Assembly: GCA_047601445.1 (NCBI GenBank)
Contig: JASGJH010000001.1
Coordinates: forward strand, 6,048,001-6,112,000
Source: Myxococcales bacterium
GTDB taxonomy: Bacteria; Myxococcota_A; Polyangia; Polyangiales; DASUME01
Length of the DNA stretch: 64,000 bases
Direction: 5' to 3'
A program made the translations under genes and the position numbers. Position 1 is the first letter of the stretch. Every line of letters starts with the position of its first letter. Positions 18,581 through 28,388 of this stretch are shown here, piece by piece. The notes under the pieces are model-generated. The model had not been told where the DNA came from. It made no database searches and saw only the letters and a program-made list of their open reading frames with translations.

Positions 18581-19495
18581 ATGCATCGCTATCGGGTCTA
18601 CGGCCTGACCATCGAAGCGGACTCCGAGTTGACGGAGCTGCTACCGCTCGCGTCGCCCGGCGAAGGTGACGTCTCGGCGGAGCCGCCCGAGATCGACGTG
18701 CGGATCCGCGTCGCGCCGGCGCAGAGCGCGAGCCAGGCGGCGAACGAGCCGGGCAGCTGGGCGCAGCGACTCGGGCCCAACACCATCGTGAGCCAGTTCG
18801 AGAACACCGCGCGCTTCGTGGTGCTGAGCGGACGCGACGTGCTGGTGGAGCCGTGCGCGGGGGCCGATCCCGACCTGGTGCGTCACCTCTTGCTGGGCCC
18901 GGTGTTCGCGCAGGTCCTGTGGCAGCGCTCGAAGTTCGTGCTGCATGGGTGCGTGTTGCGCGTGGGCTCGCGCCAGCTCGGGTTCATCGGCATGTCGGGG
19001 GCCGGCAAGTCCACCCTCGCGATCGCGCTGCACGAGGCCGGGCACACTCTGGTGTGTGACGACGTGGCGGCGCTGGAGTGGAGCGCGAGTCCGGTGCTGG
19101 TGCACCCGGCGTTGCCGCGCATGCGGGCCTTTGCGGACACCCTCGAGCAGCTCGGCGTGCCGAGTGCGGGCCTCGCGCGGGCTCATCGCGACTTGCCCAA
19201 GTGGTTGCTGCCAGCGCAGCGCTTTGCGGACACGGCGCTGCCGCTCGACCGTGTTTACGTTCTGAGCGCGGGCGAGCGCTGCGAGGTCGCGCCGCTGAGC
19301 CGAGCGGAGGCCATGCTCGAGCTACTGCGCAACACCTACTACGCGGAGCAGTACGTCGGCCTGTTCGGGCCGCAAACGCACATGGAGTTGGCGGGTGCCC
19401 TGGCGAACGGGCTTTCGGTGCAGCGCCTCGCGCGTCCACGCGAGTGGGCTCGGCTGCCGGAGCTGGTGCGCTTCATCGAACGCGAGTGCGCCTGA
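18581..19495 (+). CDS. HPr-kinase-like protein (paeninodin-type lasso peptide kinase)
   Basis: YRVYGL.I.A start, LHGCVL (His), P-loop GMSGAGKST, CDD motif; directly downstream of the precursor. Confidence 0.82.
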   Translation: MHRYRVYGLTIEADSELTELLPLASPGEGDVSAEPPEIDVRIRVAPAQSASQAANEPGSWAQRLGPNTIVSQFENTARFVVLSGRDVLVEPCAGADPDLVRHLLLGPVFAQVLWQRSKFVLHGCVLRVGSRQLGFIGMSGAGKSTLAIALHEAGHTLVCDDVAALEWSASPVLVHPALPRMRAFADTLEQLGVPSAGLARAHRDLPKWLLPAQRFADTALPLDRVYVLSAGERCEVAPLSRAEAMLELLRNTYYAEQYVGLFGPQTHMELAGALANGLSVQRLARPREWARLPELVRFIERECA

Positions 19496-19508
19496 CGCTC
19501 GAGCCGAG

Positions 19509-20114
19509 TCAGACCCACTCGGCGCGCAGCTGCAGCCGCGTGCCTGGCGACGGCGACTCGAACTCCCGCACCGTGACCTGACGTCCGCCACAGACCTTGA
19601 TGCCGGCCATGAAGACGCCGCGCACGGCCGAGCGGAAGTAAGCTGTCCGCGCCAACGTCATCTCGCGCAGCTCGATCAACGCGTCCGTGGGGCCGCGCTT
19701 GGTCACGCCGATACCGCCTCCCTGGAACACGCGGTCCCACAGCCGAGGCAGCTGGCCGATGGGGGTCCAGGGCGTCAGTCCGATCGAGCGCGCCCCGCGC
19801 AGCAAGGTCCCCATGAAGGTGCCCTGCACGCGCTCACCGACCTCTTCGCCGAGACCCGCCACTTCGTTCTCGCTCAGCCCCAGCTCGTCGCAAGCCTCGT
19901 AGTGAGCGAGCGCCACGTTCACTGGCAGCCATTCCGGGGCCAACGAGCCCACGATGCGTTCACGGTGCTCGGGACTGAGGTCATTGAGCCTGGCGAGGTA
20001 GCGCTCCTGGTGACCGTGGTTGCGCAGCGCAGTGATGGAAGACTGAATGAGAGTGCTGCGAACGGAACGCAGAGGGGTCACGCTGCGTGGGAGCTCGACG
20101 ACGCAGATCTCCAT
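19509..20114 (-). CDS. Hypothetical protein (myxobacterial type)
   Basis: ~200 aa ORF with WLPV, HYEACD, RLWDRVFQGG; start placed at MEICVV because the longer ORF extends into a simple repeat. Confidence 0.6.
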   Translation of the reverse strand: MEICVVELPRSVTPLRSVRSTLIQSSITALRNHGHQERYLARLNDLSPEHRERIVGSLAPEWLPVNVALAHYEACDELGLSENEVAGLGEEVGERVQGTFMGTLLRGARSIGLTPWTPIGQLPRLWDRVFQGGGIGVTKRGPTDALIELREMTLARTAYFRSAVRGVFMAGIKVCGGRQVTVREFESPSPGTRLQLRAEWV

Positions 20115-20295
20115 GAATTTGTGTAGCACGGGAAATTGGAAGAAAGGCCGTGCAAGAAGACGGAAGACGAGAACGTGCACGAAGACGAGGGCGCGCAGGC
20201 GCACACGGACGCAAACGTGAACGTTGGCGATGACATGAACGTAAACACTGCCCACGCAAGCATCGCTCTGTCATCGCCTCCGTTCGCGGTTCTTC

Positions 20296-20712
20296 CTAGA
20301 GGGCGCTTAGTGCGAAGCGAATCCACAGCACGCTCAGGACAACGTTGCTGCTGGCGAACGCGGCCAGGCGGTGGATGACGTTGTTGTAGCTCAGGTGAAT
20401 GGTCGAGTGCGTGAAGCGCAGGGCCACGTAGACCCACGCGATGGTCACAGCCGCGGCGTCGACCTTGTTGGTTACGTACATGCTCAAGCACACCACGTAG
20501 AACAGCACGGGCAGCTCCAGCAGGTTCATGTAGTTGCGGTTGGGCAGGCGGGTCTCTGGCGGGACTCGTTCGCTTTCGCCGAGGCGAAAGTCGCCCACGT
20601 TGACCTTGCCGGCGGAAGCGGCGCGGAAGCGAGCGATGGGGATCATCAAGAGGACCGAGAAGGTAAGGGCCACCAGGGCGAACATCGGCAGTAGAATTTG
20701 CGCGGCAGGCAT
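20296..20712 (-). CDS. MAPEG family membrane protein
   Basis: NY.NL.ELPVLFY and AWVYV.LR..HS.IH motifs; four hydrophobic segments. Confidence 0.85.
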   Translation of the reverse strand: MPAAQILLPMFALVALTFSVLLMIPIARFRAASAGKVNVGDFRLGESERVPPETRLPNRNYMNLLELPVLFYVVCLSMYVTNKVDAAAVTIAWVYVALRFTHSTIHLSYNNVIHRLAAFASSNVVLSVLWIRFALSAL

Positions 20713-20860
20713 GGTCCCCCTGTGTACGCGAGTCGCCGGCCTGCTGGCAATGGCTCTCGCGCAACGCTCAAGGACGACTCAGGCCCGAGTGGCCAGGGGT
20801 CTCAGAGCGGTTGCGCGCCAGTTCGGAGGCATCGATCTTGTCTCCTGAGGACGTGCTCAC

Positions 20861-22792
20861 GTGCTAGGAAGTGGGAGCTTGAGTCCAACGCGCTTTCAAG
20901 ATTGCGATTCGTGCATCGAGGCCATCCTCGAAAAGCTCGGGAAGCGCATCGTGCTGGGGACGCCGCTCGGCATCGGGAAGCCCAACGCCCTGCTCAACGC
21001 CCTTTACCAGCGGGCCAAGCGCGACGCTTCCATCGAGCTCTCCATCATCACGGCGCTCTCCTTGAACCCGCCGCGCGGCAAGTCCGAGCTCGAAGAGCGC
21101 TTCTACGCGCCCATCCGGGCCCGCGTGTGGGGTTCCTACCCGCGCCTGGACTACCTCGACGACCTGGAAGCTCAGGCGCTGCCGCCCAACGTTCGGGTGC
21201 ATGAGTTTTACCTACGCGCGGGTGCCGGACTTGGAAACCCCGTTGCCCAACGTGACTACATTTCCAGCAACTACACCCACGTGGCGCGAGACATGATGCT
21301 GCGCGGGGTCAACCTGGTCATGCAGGCGGTGGCCGTGCGACCCGGCGAGCACGGGCCCCGCTACAGCCTCTCCAGTAACCCCGACGTTACGCTCGAGCTG
21401 CTGCCATTGCTGCAGGCCAGTTCACGCAAGTGGTTGGGCGTGGCCCAGGTGAATCGGGGGCTGCCCTGGTTGGGCAATTCGGCCGAGTTCTCGGGCGACC
21501 TCCTGCACATGTTGGTCGACAGTCCGGCCCTCGATCACCCGCCGTTCGCCGTACCGCAGGAGCCGGTAGACACGGCGGCCTGGGCGGTCGGCTTGCACGC
21601 GAGCACGCTGGTTCAAGATGGCGGCACCTTGCAAGTGGGCATCGGCGCGCTCGGCGATGCCGTGTGCCATGCGCTGCGCCTCCGCGAGCGGGAGAACTCC
21701 ACCTATCTCGACGCGCTGTCGGCGCTCGGCGGGCGCCGCGCGCGGCCAGAGCTGGGCGGGGTAGGGCGCTTCGAACTCGGCCTGTACGTCGCGAGCGAGC
21801 TGGTGTCGAACGCGCTGTTTACGCTGTTCGAAGAGGGCCTCGTGCGCCGCCAGGTCTACGAAGACCTGACGCTCCAGGAGCGCGCCCTCCACAGCCCGCA
21901 CGAGCTGCCCGCAGGTGGCACCGCGGTGCAGGGGGCGTTCTTCGTGGGTCCGAACGACTTCTATCAGCGCCTGCACGCGCTGCCGGAGGCCTCGCGCGAG
22001 CTCATTGACATGACCAGCGTGGCCGAGGTCAACCGCATCTACACGGATTATCGGCTCGAGCACGCCCAGCGCCAACACGCACGCTTCCTGAACATGACCA
22101 TGATGGTCACGCTGCTGGGCAGCGCCGTGTCGGACCAGCTCGCGGACGGCCAGGTGGTCTCGGGCGTGGGCGGACAGCAGGACTTCGTCTCCATGGCCCA
22201 CCAGCTTCCTGACGGCCGCTCCGCGTTGCTGCTCAAGGCCACCGGACAGCGCAAGGGCGAGCTCCACTCGAACATCGTCTGGCAGTACCCGCACAGCACC
22301 ATCCCACGCCACATGCGCGATCTGTTCGTCACCGAATACGGTGTGGCCGATTTGCGCGGCAAGAGCGACAGCGAGTGCGTCGAGGCCTTGCTCTCCATCA
22401 CCGACAGCCGCTTCCAGGACGAGCTACTCGCGCAGGCTGCGCGCCACGGCAAGCTCTCCCCCGACTACCGCATTCCCGAAGCACAGCGGCACAATCTGCC
22501 CGAGCGCATCACCGAGGCCCTCGCACCCTTCCAGCGCGGCGAGACGCTCCCCCTGTTGCCCTTCGGCAGCGATCTCACGCGCGCCGAGTGGTCCCTCGGT
22601 GGCCGCCTCAAGAAGCTCGACGCCGCCACCAAGACCCAGCGCGGACGCATGGAGCTCGCCAAGGCCCTGTGGTCACCCGGCGTCACCACGCCCGAAATCG
22701 ACGCGGCGCTGCGGCACCTCGGCTTGGGCCGGCCCAGCGGTCCCAAAGAGCACCTGCTCGCACGCCTGGTACGGGCGGCGTTTTCGCTCTGA
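20861..22792 (+). CDS. Acetyl-CoA hydrolase/transferase family protein
   Basis: LG.PLGIGKPN, YISSNYTH, DGGTLQVGIG, VVSGVGGQ.DFV, TIPRH.RD.FVTEYG.ADLRG; true start may be slightly downstream. Confidence 0.85.
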   Translation: MLGSGSLSPTRFQDCDSCIEAILEKLGKRIVLGTPLGIGKPNALLNALYQRAKRDASIELSIITALSLNPPRGKSELEERFYAPIRARVWGSYPRLDYLDDLEAQALPPNVRVHEFYLRAGAGLGNPVAQRDYISSNYTHVARDMMLRGVNLVMQAVAVRPGEHGPRYSLSSNPDVTLELLPLLQASSRKWLGVAQVNRGLPWLGNSAEFSGDLLHMLVDSPALDHPPFAVPQEPVDTAAWAVGLHASTLVQDGGTLQVGIGALGDAVCHALRLRERENSTYLDALSALGGRRARPELGGVGRFELGLYVASELVSNALFTLFEEGLVRRQVYEDLTLQERALHSPHELPAGGTAVQGAFFVGPNDFYQRLHALPEASRELIDMTSVAEVNRIYTDYRLEHAQRQHARFLNMTMMVTLLGSAVSDQLADGQVVSGVGGQQDFVSMAHQLPDGRSALLLKATGQRKGELHSNIVWQYPHSTIPRHMRDLFVTEYGVADLRGKSDSECVEALLSITDSRFQDELLAQAARHGKLSPDYRIPEAQRHNLPERITEALAPFQRGETLPLLPFGSDLTRAEWSLGGRLKKLDAATKTQRGRMELAKALWSPGVTTPEIDAALRHLGLGRPSGPKEHLLARLVRAAFSL

Positions 22793-22831
22793 GTTACGAC
22801 TTCGCTGCGACGATGTGGAGGGTGAGTAAAA

Positions 22832-23335
22832 TCAGTCTGCGATCTCGGGTAGCGCTTCGCCCTCCACGATGCGCATGAAGATGGCGGTCTGGTCGCCGGT
22901 GTACACGAGCTTGCCCGCCTGACTGAAGCGGAAGTCGTAACGGCCCAGCACGCGCTTGGGGCCCTGGCGCAGGCGCGAGGCCTTGCACTCGATGATCACA
23001 GGCTCGTCCGGCACCGCCAGCGCGTGGAAGCGCGCCGCGTGGATGCGGGCACCGAAGCCGATCCAACCCTGAGCGTGGCGCAGATCGCTCACGTAGTAAG
23101 CGTGGGCAAAGCCGACGATGCCCGTGACGTGGACCATCAGGCCGCCGGCCAGGTGACGCGGGTGGAACACCGGGTGCACGCGCTGATCGCGCGTCAGGGG
23201 CAGCTCCGCGTGGCATGGCATGCGCGCCACGATGCGCTTGTCGGCGCGGTCGACTTCCAGGATCTTGTCGATGATCATGCCCGTGGGCGCGTAGGGACAA
23301 TCGGCGACGAAGTCAGGCTCGAGTTCCGTGGACAT
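22832..23335 (-). CDS. Hotdog-fold protein (FabA/FabZ-like dehydratase-related)
   Basis: PY...MIIDKILEVD, HP.H..G.LM, ARF..L..P pattern and a C-terminal Y.G...AIF strand. Confidence 0.5.
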   Translation of the reverse strand: MSTELEPDFVADCPYAPTGMIIDKILEVDRADKRIVARMPCHAELPLTRDQRVHPVFHPRHLAGGLMVHVTGIVGFAHAYYVSDLRHAQGWIGFGARIHAARFHALAVPDEPVIIECKASRLRQGPKRVLGRYDFRFSQAGKLVYTGDQTAIFMRIVEGEALPEIAD

Positions 23336-23423
23336 CGCGCTAGCTAGTGCACCGCAGGCGCAAGCGCGTCAAGCCAGGCAGGCTCGAGGCAGGTCAAGGC
23401 AGCGTGCAGCGGGGCAGTGCTGC

Positions 23424-24236
23424 TCAGCGACGCTCGAGCTCGGCCACGAGTCCAAAATGATCACTCGGGAACACCTCGCCCGCGCTGTCGAGGGCGTCCG
23501 TGCCGAGCAGGCGGATCTCGCGGGGCACGAAGCAGTCGCTCTTCACGAAGATGCGATCGATGCGCTGATGCCGGTCGTCCTTGATGCGAGCGAGCATGGT
23601 GTTGCGGGTGGTGTCTCGCGTGTAGCCCGGCGAGCTCTCGAGGTCGGCCCACGAGTCGGCGAAGTGCGCCCGAATGCGTGCGTCCTCTTCGGTCTCCGGG
23701 GCCGCGTTGAAGTCGCCCACCCAGATGGCGCTGCGTGCCTGGTTGAGCACGGGCAGGCACTCCTCGATCTGCGTGAGGCGCGCGGGCGTCTGGTCGCGCA
23801 TGCTCTCGAGGTGGACTCCAGCCACGGCCAGGGAGCCCTCGGTGGTGTCGAACTCCAGCGTGTGCATGCGACGCCCCATGATGGAGGTGAGCCCATGTGC
23901 GAGGAAGCGCCCCGGCATGCGGCTCAGCATCACCACGTCGTAACGCTGCGCGGGTTCCACGCGGTCGCGCGAGACGCGATATTGTTCCCGCACCCAGGGC
24001 GTCTTGAGCAGCAGCTCGAGGAACGGTTGGGTGACCTCCTCCAGGGCGATCACATCGGCGTCTTCTTCGGCCAGAATCGAGAGCACCGCCGCGCAGCGGC
24101 GCTTGAGCTCGAAGGGGTCGAACCAGACGTTGTAGGTGGCCACGCGTAGGCGGTCGATGGAGAGGGGACCGTTCGTGTGGTGTTGCGCGGGCAACCAGCG
24201 GTCAGCGCTTTCGGAGAAAGCGAACATTGGGTGCAT
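23424..24236 (-). CDS. Endonuclease/exonuclease/phosphatase family protein (TDP2-like)
   Basis: TYNVWFD, DVIALEEV, VHLES, GDFN, RIDRIF, PSDHFG. Confidence 0.88.
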   Translation of the reverse strand: MHPMFAFSESADRWLPAQHHTNGPLSIDRLRVATYNVWFDPFELKRRCAAVLSILAEEDADVIALEEVTQPFLELLLKTPWVREQYRVSRDRVEPAQRYDVVMLSRMPGRFLAHGLTSIMGRRMHTLEFDTTEGSLAVAGVHLESMRDQTPARLTQIEECLPVLNQARSAIWVGDFNAAPETEEDARIRAHFADSWADLESSPGYTRDTTRNTMLARIKDDRHQRIDRIFVKSDCFVPREIRLLGTDALDSAGEVFPSDHFGLVAELERR

Positions 24237-24350
24237 GATGGATCCGTTCGGGCGCGCTTTCCAAGATCTCTGGCATCTGGGCGCGTTCTCGGCGGTGTCC
24301 GGCGTCGGGCAGGTTTCGAAGCCGCAACTTCTGGCGCCCAGGGACGCCCT

Positions 24351-24797
24351 CTAGTGCTGATGACCAGGCTGGGCGTGATCGTGATCATGGGCCGCCTGCG
24401 TCAGGCGCGCGCTCAGGTACGAGGCCCCGGCGAGCACCAGCGCACCCGCAATGGAGAAGCCGAGCCCCAGGTTGCTGCCCTCGTACACGTGCCCGAATAG
24501 GTACAGTGCGAGCCCCACACCCATGCCCGCGAGCACCCGCAGATCACGGTGGCGCGAGAAGCCCAGGGCACCGCTGGCTGCCACGCTTCCCACCACGGCG
24601 AAGGTCAGTAGCGTGTCGACTCCGCTGCCCGCCGTGACGACGTGGCTCGCGCTGAGGGCAGGCAAGAGGCCTCCGATCAGCGGGAACACCAGGCAGTGCA
24701 CGGCGCAGGCCAGACTCAGCCACGTGGCCGCGCGCTCGAGGCGGCGTGGCTCGAGTTCCTGCTGAGTCGGGGAATGGGCGTGAAGGGGTTCAGACAC
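24351..24797 (-). CDS. MerC-domain membrane protein with His-rich tail
   Basis: SLACAVHCL..P motif, GF.RHR, four TM segments, C-terminal HDHDHAQPGHQH. Confidence 0.8.
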   Translation of the reverse strand: MSEPLHAHSPTQQELEPRRLERAATWLSLACAVHCLVFPLIGGLLPALSASHVVTAGSGVDTLLTFAVVGSVAASGALGFSRHRDLRVLAGMGVGLALYLFGHVYEGSNLGLGFSIAGALVLAGASYLSARLTQAAHDHDHAQPGHQH

Positions 24798-24827
24798 GGA
24801 AGGCTTAGAATGGGGGTTGGTCGGTGT

Positions 24828-24850
24828 AGATGCAACCTGGTTACAAGAAG
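24828..24850. promoter_or_regulatory. Operator-like palindrome 1 (Fur/Zur-type)
   Basis: AGA-TGCAACCTGGTTACA-AGAAG; near-duplicate of 24943-24965; lies in a divergent promoter. Confidence 0.6.
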
Positions 24851-24942
24851 CGTCGTTTCATCAATATGTGAAGTGTTCCTTCGAAAAACACAGGGCTTTT
24901 CGACCGTGAGCACGGGGAACGCCCGTGCTACGTCAGCCGCAC

Positions 24943-24965
24943 AGATGCAATCGTGTTGCAAGAAG
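24943..24965. promoter_or_regulatory. Operator-like palindrome 2 (Fur/Zur-type)
   Basis: AGA-TGCAATCGTGTTGCA-AGAAG (TGCAA-N5-TTGCA); overlaps the likely receptor start codon. Confidence 0.65.
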
Positions 24966-27596
24966 CCAGCGCTCGCGTGGTCCCTGGCGCTGCTGCTGTC
25001 CGGACTCGCGCCACGCGTGGGGTTGGCGCAGCCAGTCGGTGAAACGCCCGCAGGCGAAGGCGCGCCGAGCAACCCGCCACCAAGCCCCACCGATGCGCCC
25101 GCGGCTCCAGCGCCGAGCTCCCCCGCTCCCGGCGCACCGGCCGCGCCCGCGCTGACCCCGCCGCGTGTCGTGCGCAGCGTGCCTCCCGTGTATCCGGTTT
25201 CCCATCTCACACACGGCGAGCATCCCACGGTGGTCCTCAAAGCAACCATCCTGGCCGACGCCAGCGTGGCCGACGTGACGGTGGAGCACTCGGCCGGGGA
25301 GGACTTCGATCAGGCTGCCATCGAGGCAGTCCGGCAGTGGACCTTCGAGCCCGCCAGCCGCGAGGGCGTGGCCATCGCCAGCCGGGTCGGCGTGGCCGTG
25401 CATTTCGAGCTGCCCGAGCTGGGCACCTTCGACGTGGTCTCGGTGACCGCGGCCGAGCCCGTCATTCCGCATCCGCACGAAGAGTCTGCGCCCCACGCAT
25501 CCGAGCCCGAACCCGAACCCGAGTTCGGCGCCCACGCCAAGGTGGATCCGATCTTGCGCGACCAGGACCGCGGCAATAGCGACTACCAGCTCGACCGGGC
25601 GGTGCTGAGCGCTGCACCCCACGTGGACGGCGCGGACCTGCTCAAGACGGCCCCGGGCATGGTCGTCACGCGCGTGGAGGGCGATGCCGTGGGCCATCGT
25701 TTGATGCTGCGCGGCTTCGACGCCGATCACGGCCAGGACATCGAGCTCACCCTGGACGGTGTGCCGCTGAACCAGCCCTCCCACATCCACGGGCAGGGCT
25801 ACACCGACCTGGGCTTCGTGATCCCGGAGGTGGTGAAGGAGCTGCGCGTCACGGAGGGCGTCTACGATCCCTGGCAGGGCGATTTCGCGGTGGCCGGTAG
25901 CGCCACCTTCAACCTCGGGGTCGAGCAACGTGGCACGCAGCTCTCCACCAGCTACGGCTCCTTCAACACGTTCCGTGAGCTTGCCGTCTGGGCTCCCAAG
26001 GGGCAGCCCGACGACACCTTTGCGGCCGTGAACTTCCGCAAGACGCACGGCTTCGGCCAGAACCGCGAAGGCGAGAACGGCGGTGCGATCGCGCAGGGCA
26101 GCTTCGGACACGGACCCTTGAAGTTGATCCTGCATGGCTCGGCCTACGCCTCGCGGGCCCGCACGGCCAACGTGTTGCGCCGCGACGACATCGAGTCGGG
26201 CCGAGTGGGCTTCTACGACGTCTATCCCTACGCCACTGCCCAGAGCCAGAACGGCACCGCCTCGCGCGTGCAGCTCTCCGCCAAGCTGCGCTACCTGGGT
26301 CACGCCGGCGAGAACGCGGAGCTCTTGCTCTTCTACGTGTTGAACGACTTTCGCCTGCTCGCCAACTACACGGGCTTCGAAGAGGTCTCGCATTTCAACC
26401 CGCAATGGGCCGGCCGGGGCGACCTGATCGAACAGAACAACACCGACAGCACCGTGGGCACCCGGGCGCGCTACCGCAGCGTGACCTACGCGCCGCATCC
26501 CCAGGCCAAGGGCACGCTGGAGCTCGGTTTCAGCGCACGAGTGGACCAGATCGACCAGAGTCAGAACCTGGTGCAGGCGCCGCAGAACGCCATCTGGGAC
26601 AAGCGCGTGGATGCCAACATCGTCGGGGTCGACATCGGGGGCTACTTCGATCTCGACACGGCGTTCACCAAGTACGTGCGCTTGAAGGGTGGTGTGCGCG
26701 CCGATCTGCTCTCGTATCGCATCGACGACGCGCTGCAGAACTTCATCCCCGCCGACCGACCCGCGAACTTCATCATGGGCTATCGGCGCACGGCCGCGGG
26801 CATCGTGGTGAACCCGCGCGTGGTGCTCGAGGTGGAGCCCATCCAGTCGCTCGTGCTCAGTGCCGCCTACGGTGAGGGCTTTCGCTCTCCACAAATGCTC
26901 CTTCTGGACGAGGGCGAGCCCGCTCCCTTTGCCAAGGTGCACTCCAGTGATCTCGGCGCGCGCGTGGCGCTCGGTCCACGCGAACAGGTGCACCTGCGCG
27001 GCACGGGCTACTACACCGCGCTCAGCCAGGACATCGTATTCGACGTGCGCGAGGGGCGCGCGCAGCCCGTGGGGCCGAGTCAGCGCATGGGCATGGTGCT
27101 GTACGCCGATGCGCGTCCTTGGTCGTGGTTGTTGGCGACGGCCAGCGTCACCTACGTGCACGCGACCTTGTCTGGGCCACCGCCACGCACCGCCTTCGAC
27201 CCGAATCCACCGCTGCGTAAGGGCGATCTCTTGCCCTACGTACCACCCTGGGTGCTGCGCCTCGACAGCCACGCAGAGCACGCGCTCACCGACATCAAGG
27301 GGGCGCCTCTCGTGGGCCGCGCCAGCCTGGGCTTCACTTATTGGGCGCGTCGGCCGCTGCCTTACAGCGAGCGCGCAGCCCCCGTGTCGCTGCTCGACTT
27401 CGCGCTGCGGGCCACCTATCGCCTGGTCTACGTCGATGCTTCCGTGTTCAACCTGATCGGTACCGAGTACGCCGCCATGGAGTTCAGCTACACCTCGAAC
27501 TGGGATCCAAGCGCCATCCCCTCAAGGTTGCCTGCCCGCACCATCCAGGCGGGGGCGCCGCGCACCTTTCTGTTCACGCTGGGGGTCACGCTATGA
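24945..27596 (+). CDS. TonB-dependent receptor with N-terminal TonB C-terminal-like domain
   Basis: Signal peptide; PVYP...FDQAAIEAVRQWTFEPA (TonB-C); plug LRGFDADHGQDI...DGVPLN..SH.HGQGY.DL.F..PE; C-terminal GAPRT; start uncertain. Confidence 0.88.
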   Translation: MQSCCKKPALAWSLALLLSGLAPRVGLAQPVGETPAGEGAPSNPPPSPTDAPAAPAPSSPAPGAPAAPALTPPRVVRSVPPVYPVSHLTHGEHPTVVLKATILADASVADVTVEHSAGEDFDQAAIEAVRQWTFEPASREGVAIASRVGVAVHFELPELGTFDVVSVTAAEPVIPHPHEESAPHASEPEPEPEFGAHAKVDPILRDQDRGNSDYQLDRAVLSAAPHVDGADLLKTAPGMVVTRVEGDAVGHRLMLRGFDADHGQDIELTLDGVPLNQPSHIHGQGYTDLGFVIPEVVKELRVTEGVYDPWQGDFAVAGSATFNLGVEQRGTQLSTSYGSFNTFRELAVWAPKGQPDDTFAAVNFRKTHGFGQNREGENGGAIAQGSFGHGPLKLILHGSAYASRARTANVLRRDDIESGRVGFYDVYPYATAQSQNGTASRVQLSAKLRYLGHAGENAELLLFYVLNDFRLLANYTGFEEVSHFNPQWAGRGDLIEQNNTDSTVGTRARYRSVTYAPHPQAKGTLELGFSARVDQIDQSQNLVQAPQNAIWDKRVDANIVGVDIGGYFDLDTAFTKYVRLKGGVRADLLSYRIDDALQNFIPADRPANFIMGYRRTAAGIVVNPRVVLEVEPIQSLVLSAAYGEGFRSPQMLLLDEGEPAPFAKVHSSDLGARVALGPREQVHLRGTGYYTALSQDIVFDVREGRAQPVGPSQRMGMVLYADARPWSWLLATASVTYVHATLSGPPPRTAFDPNPPLRKGDLLPYVPPWVLRLDSHAEHALTDIKGAPLVGRASLGFTYWARRPLPYSERAAPVSLLDFALRATYRLVYVDASVFNLIGTEYAAMEFSYTSNWDPSAIPSRLPARTIQAGAPRTFLFTLGVTL

Positions 27597-28300
27597 GCCG
27601 CCTGCTTGCGATCTGCGCGTTGGCTTGTGGCTTGAGCAGCGCGTGCGGGGAAACCGGGCAAGAGCGCATCGAGCTCGATCTCGCCGTGCGCGGTACGAGT
27701 GCCACCTCCCTCGAGAGCGACGGCGCGGTGTTCGTGCTGGAGCGCGCCGACGTGGCGGTGGGGCCGCTCTATTTTTGCGCCTCGGAAGGAGCCGACGTGG
27801 AGCTCTGCGAGACTGCACTGGCCCAACTCACCCAGGTGATCAGCATCAACGGCCTCGCACCCCAAGTGGAGCTTCCCGCCAAGCTCCAGGGCACTACAGG
27901 CGAGGTGCGCTCGGCCCTCTACGACTACGGCATCAGCTGGTTCCTCACGGAGACGGCGCCTGCTCCCGCCGGGGACCCGCAGCACAGCGCGGTGCTCGAG
28001 GGCAGGGTCGCGCGGGACGGGCGGGAACTGAGGTTTTCGGCCCTCGTCGACGTGGTGCCGCTCACCGTAGGGGGCTCGGCGGTGCACGGGCAGCACACGC
28101 GTCACGAGCTCTCCAACGGCGATCTACTCACCATCGCAGTGGACCCCTACGCGTGGTTGCGCCCGGTGGACGTCGACGCGCTGTTCGCGCTCGACTCCGA
28201 GGGCACGGGCAGCGTGATCATCGAACCCGGTAGCCAGGCCTACGAGGCGATCCTGCAGAGCATGCAGAATCGCGCGCCGATCCAGTTCGCGTGGGAGTAG
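27593..28300 (+). CDS. Lipoprotein partner of the TonB-dependent receptor
   Basis: ATGA overlap with the receptor stop; signal peptide ending LSSAC; GPLYFC...C pair. Confidence 0.75.
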   Translation: MSRLLAICALACGLSSACGETGQERIELDLAVRGTSATSLESDGAVFVLERADVAVGPLYFCASEGADVELCETALAQLTQVISINGLAPQVELPAKLQGTTGEVRSALYDYGISWFLTETAPAPAGDPQHSAVLEGRVARDGRELRFSALVDVVPLTVGGSAVHGQHTRHELSNGDLLTIAVDPYAWLRPVDVDALFALDSEGTGSVIIEPGSQAYEAILQSMQNRAPIQFAWE

Positions 28301-28388
28301 GGCCTAGCAGTTCCCACACCATGTCGTACGCGATCTTTCGGAGAGTCGGGCACGGGCACGTGGAGGTCAGGGGTGGGACTGGATACGG

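Noticed and set aside
20115..20255. Hydrophobic N-terminal extension (VYVHVIANVHV...) of the 19509 ORF
   Set aside because: It is the translation of a 6-nt-period intergenic simple repeat, not a signal or TM segment.
24351..24797. Mercury-resistance locus
   Set aside because: No merA, merR, merT or merP; the context (TonB receptor, Fur-family gene, His tail) points to metal uptake.
24933..27281. Long antisense or alternate-frame ORFs (e.g. 24933-27281, 6581-8686, 53653-55476)
   Set aside because: Shadow ORFs expected in high-GC DNA opposite well-supported genes.
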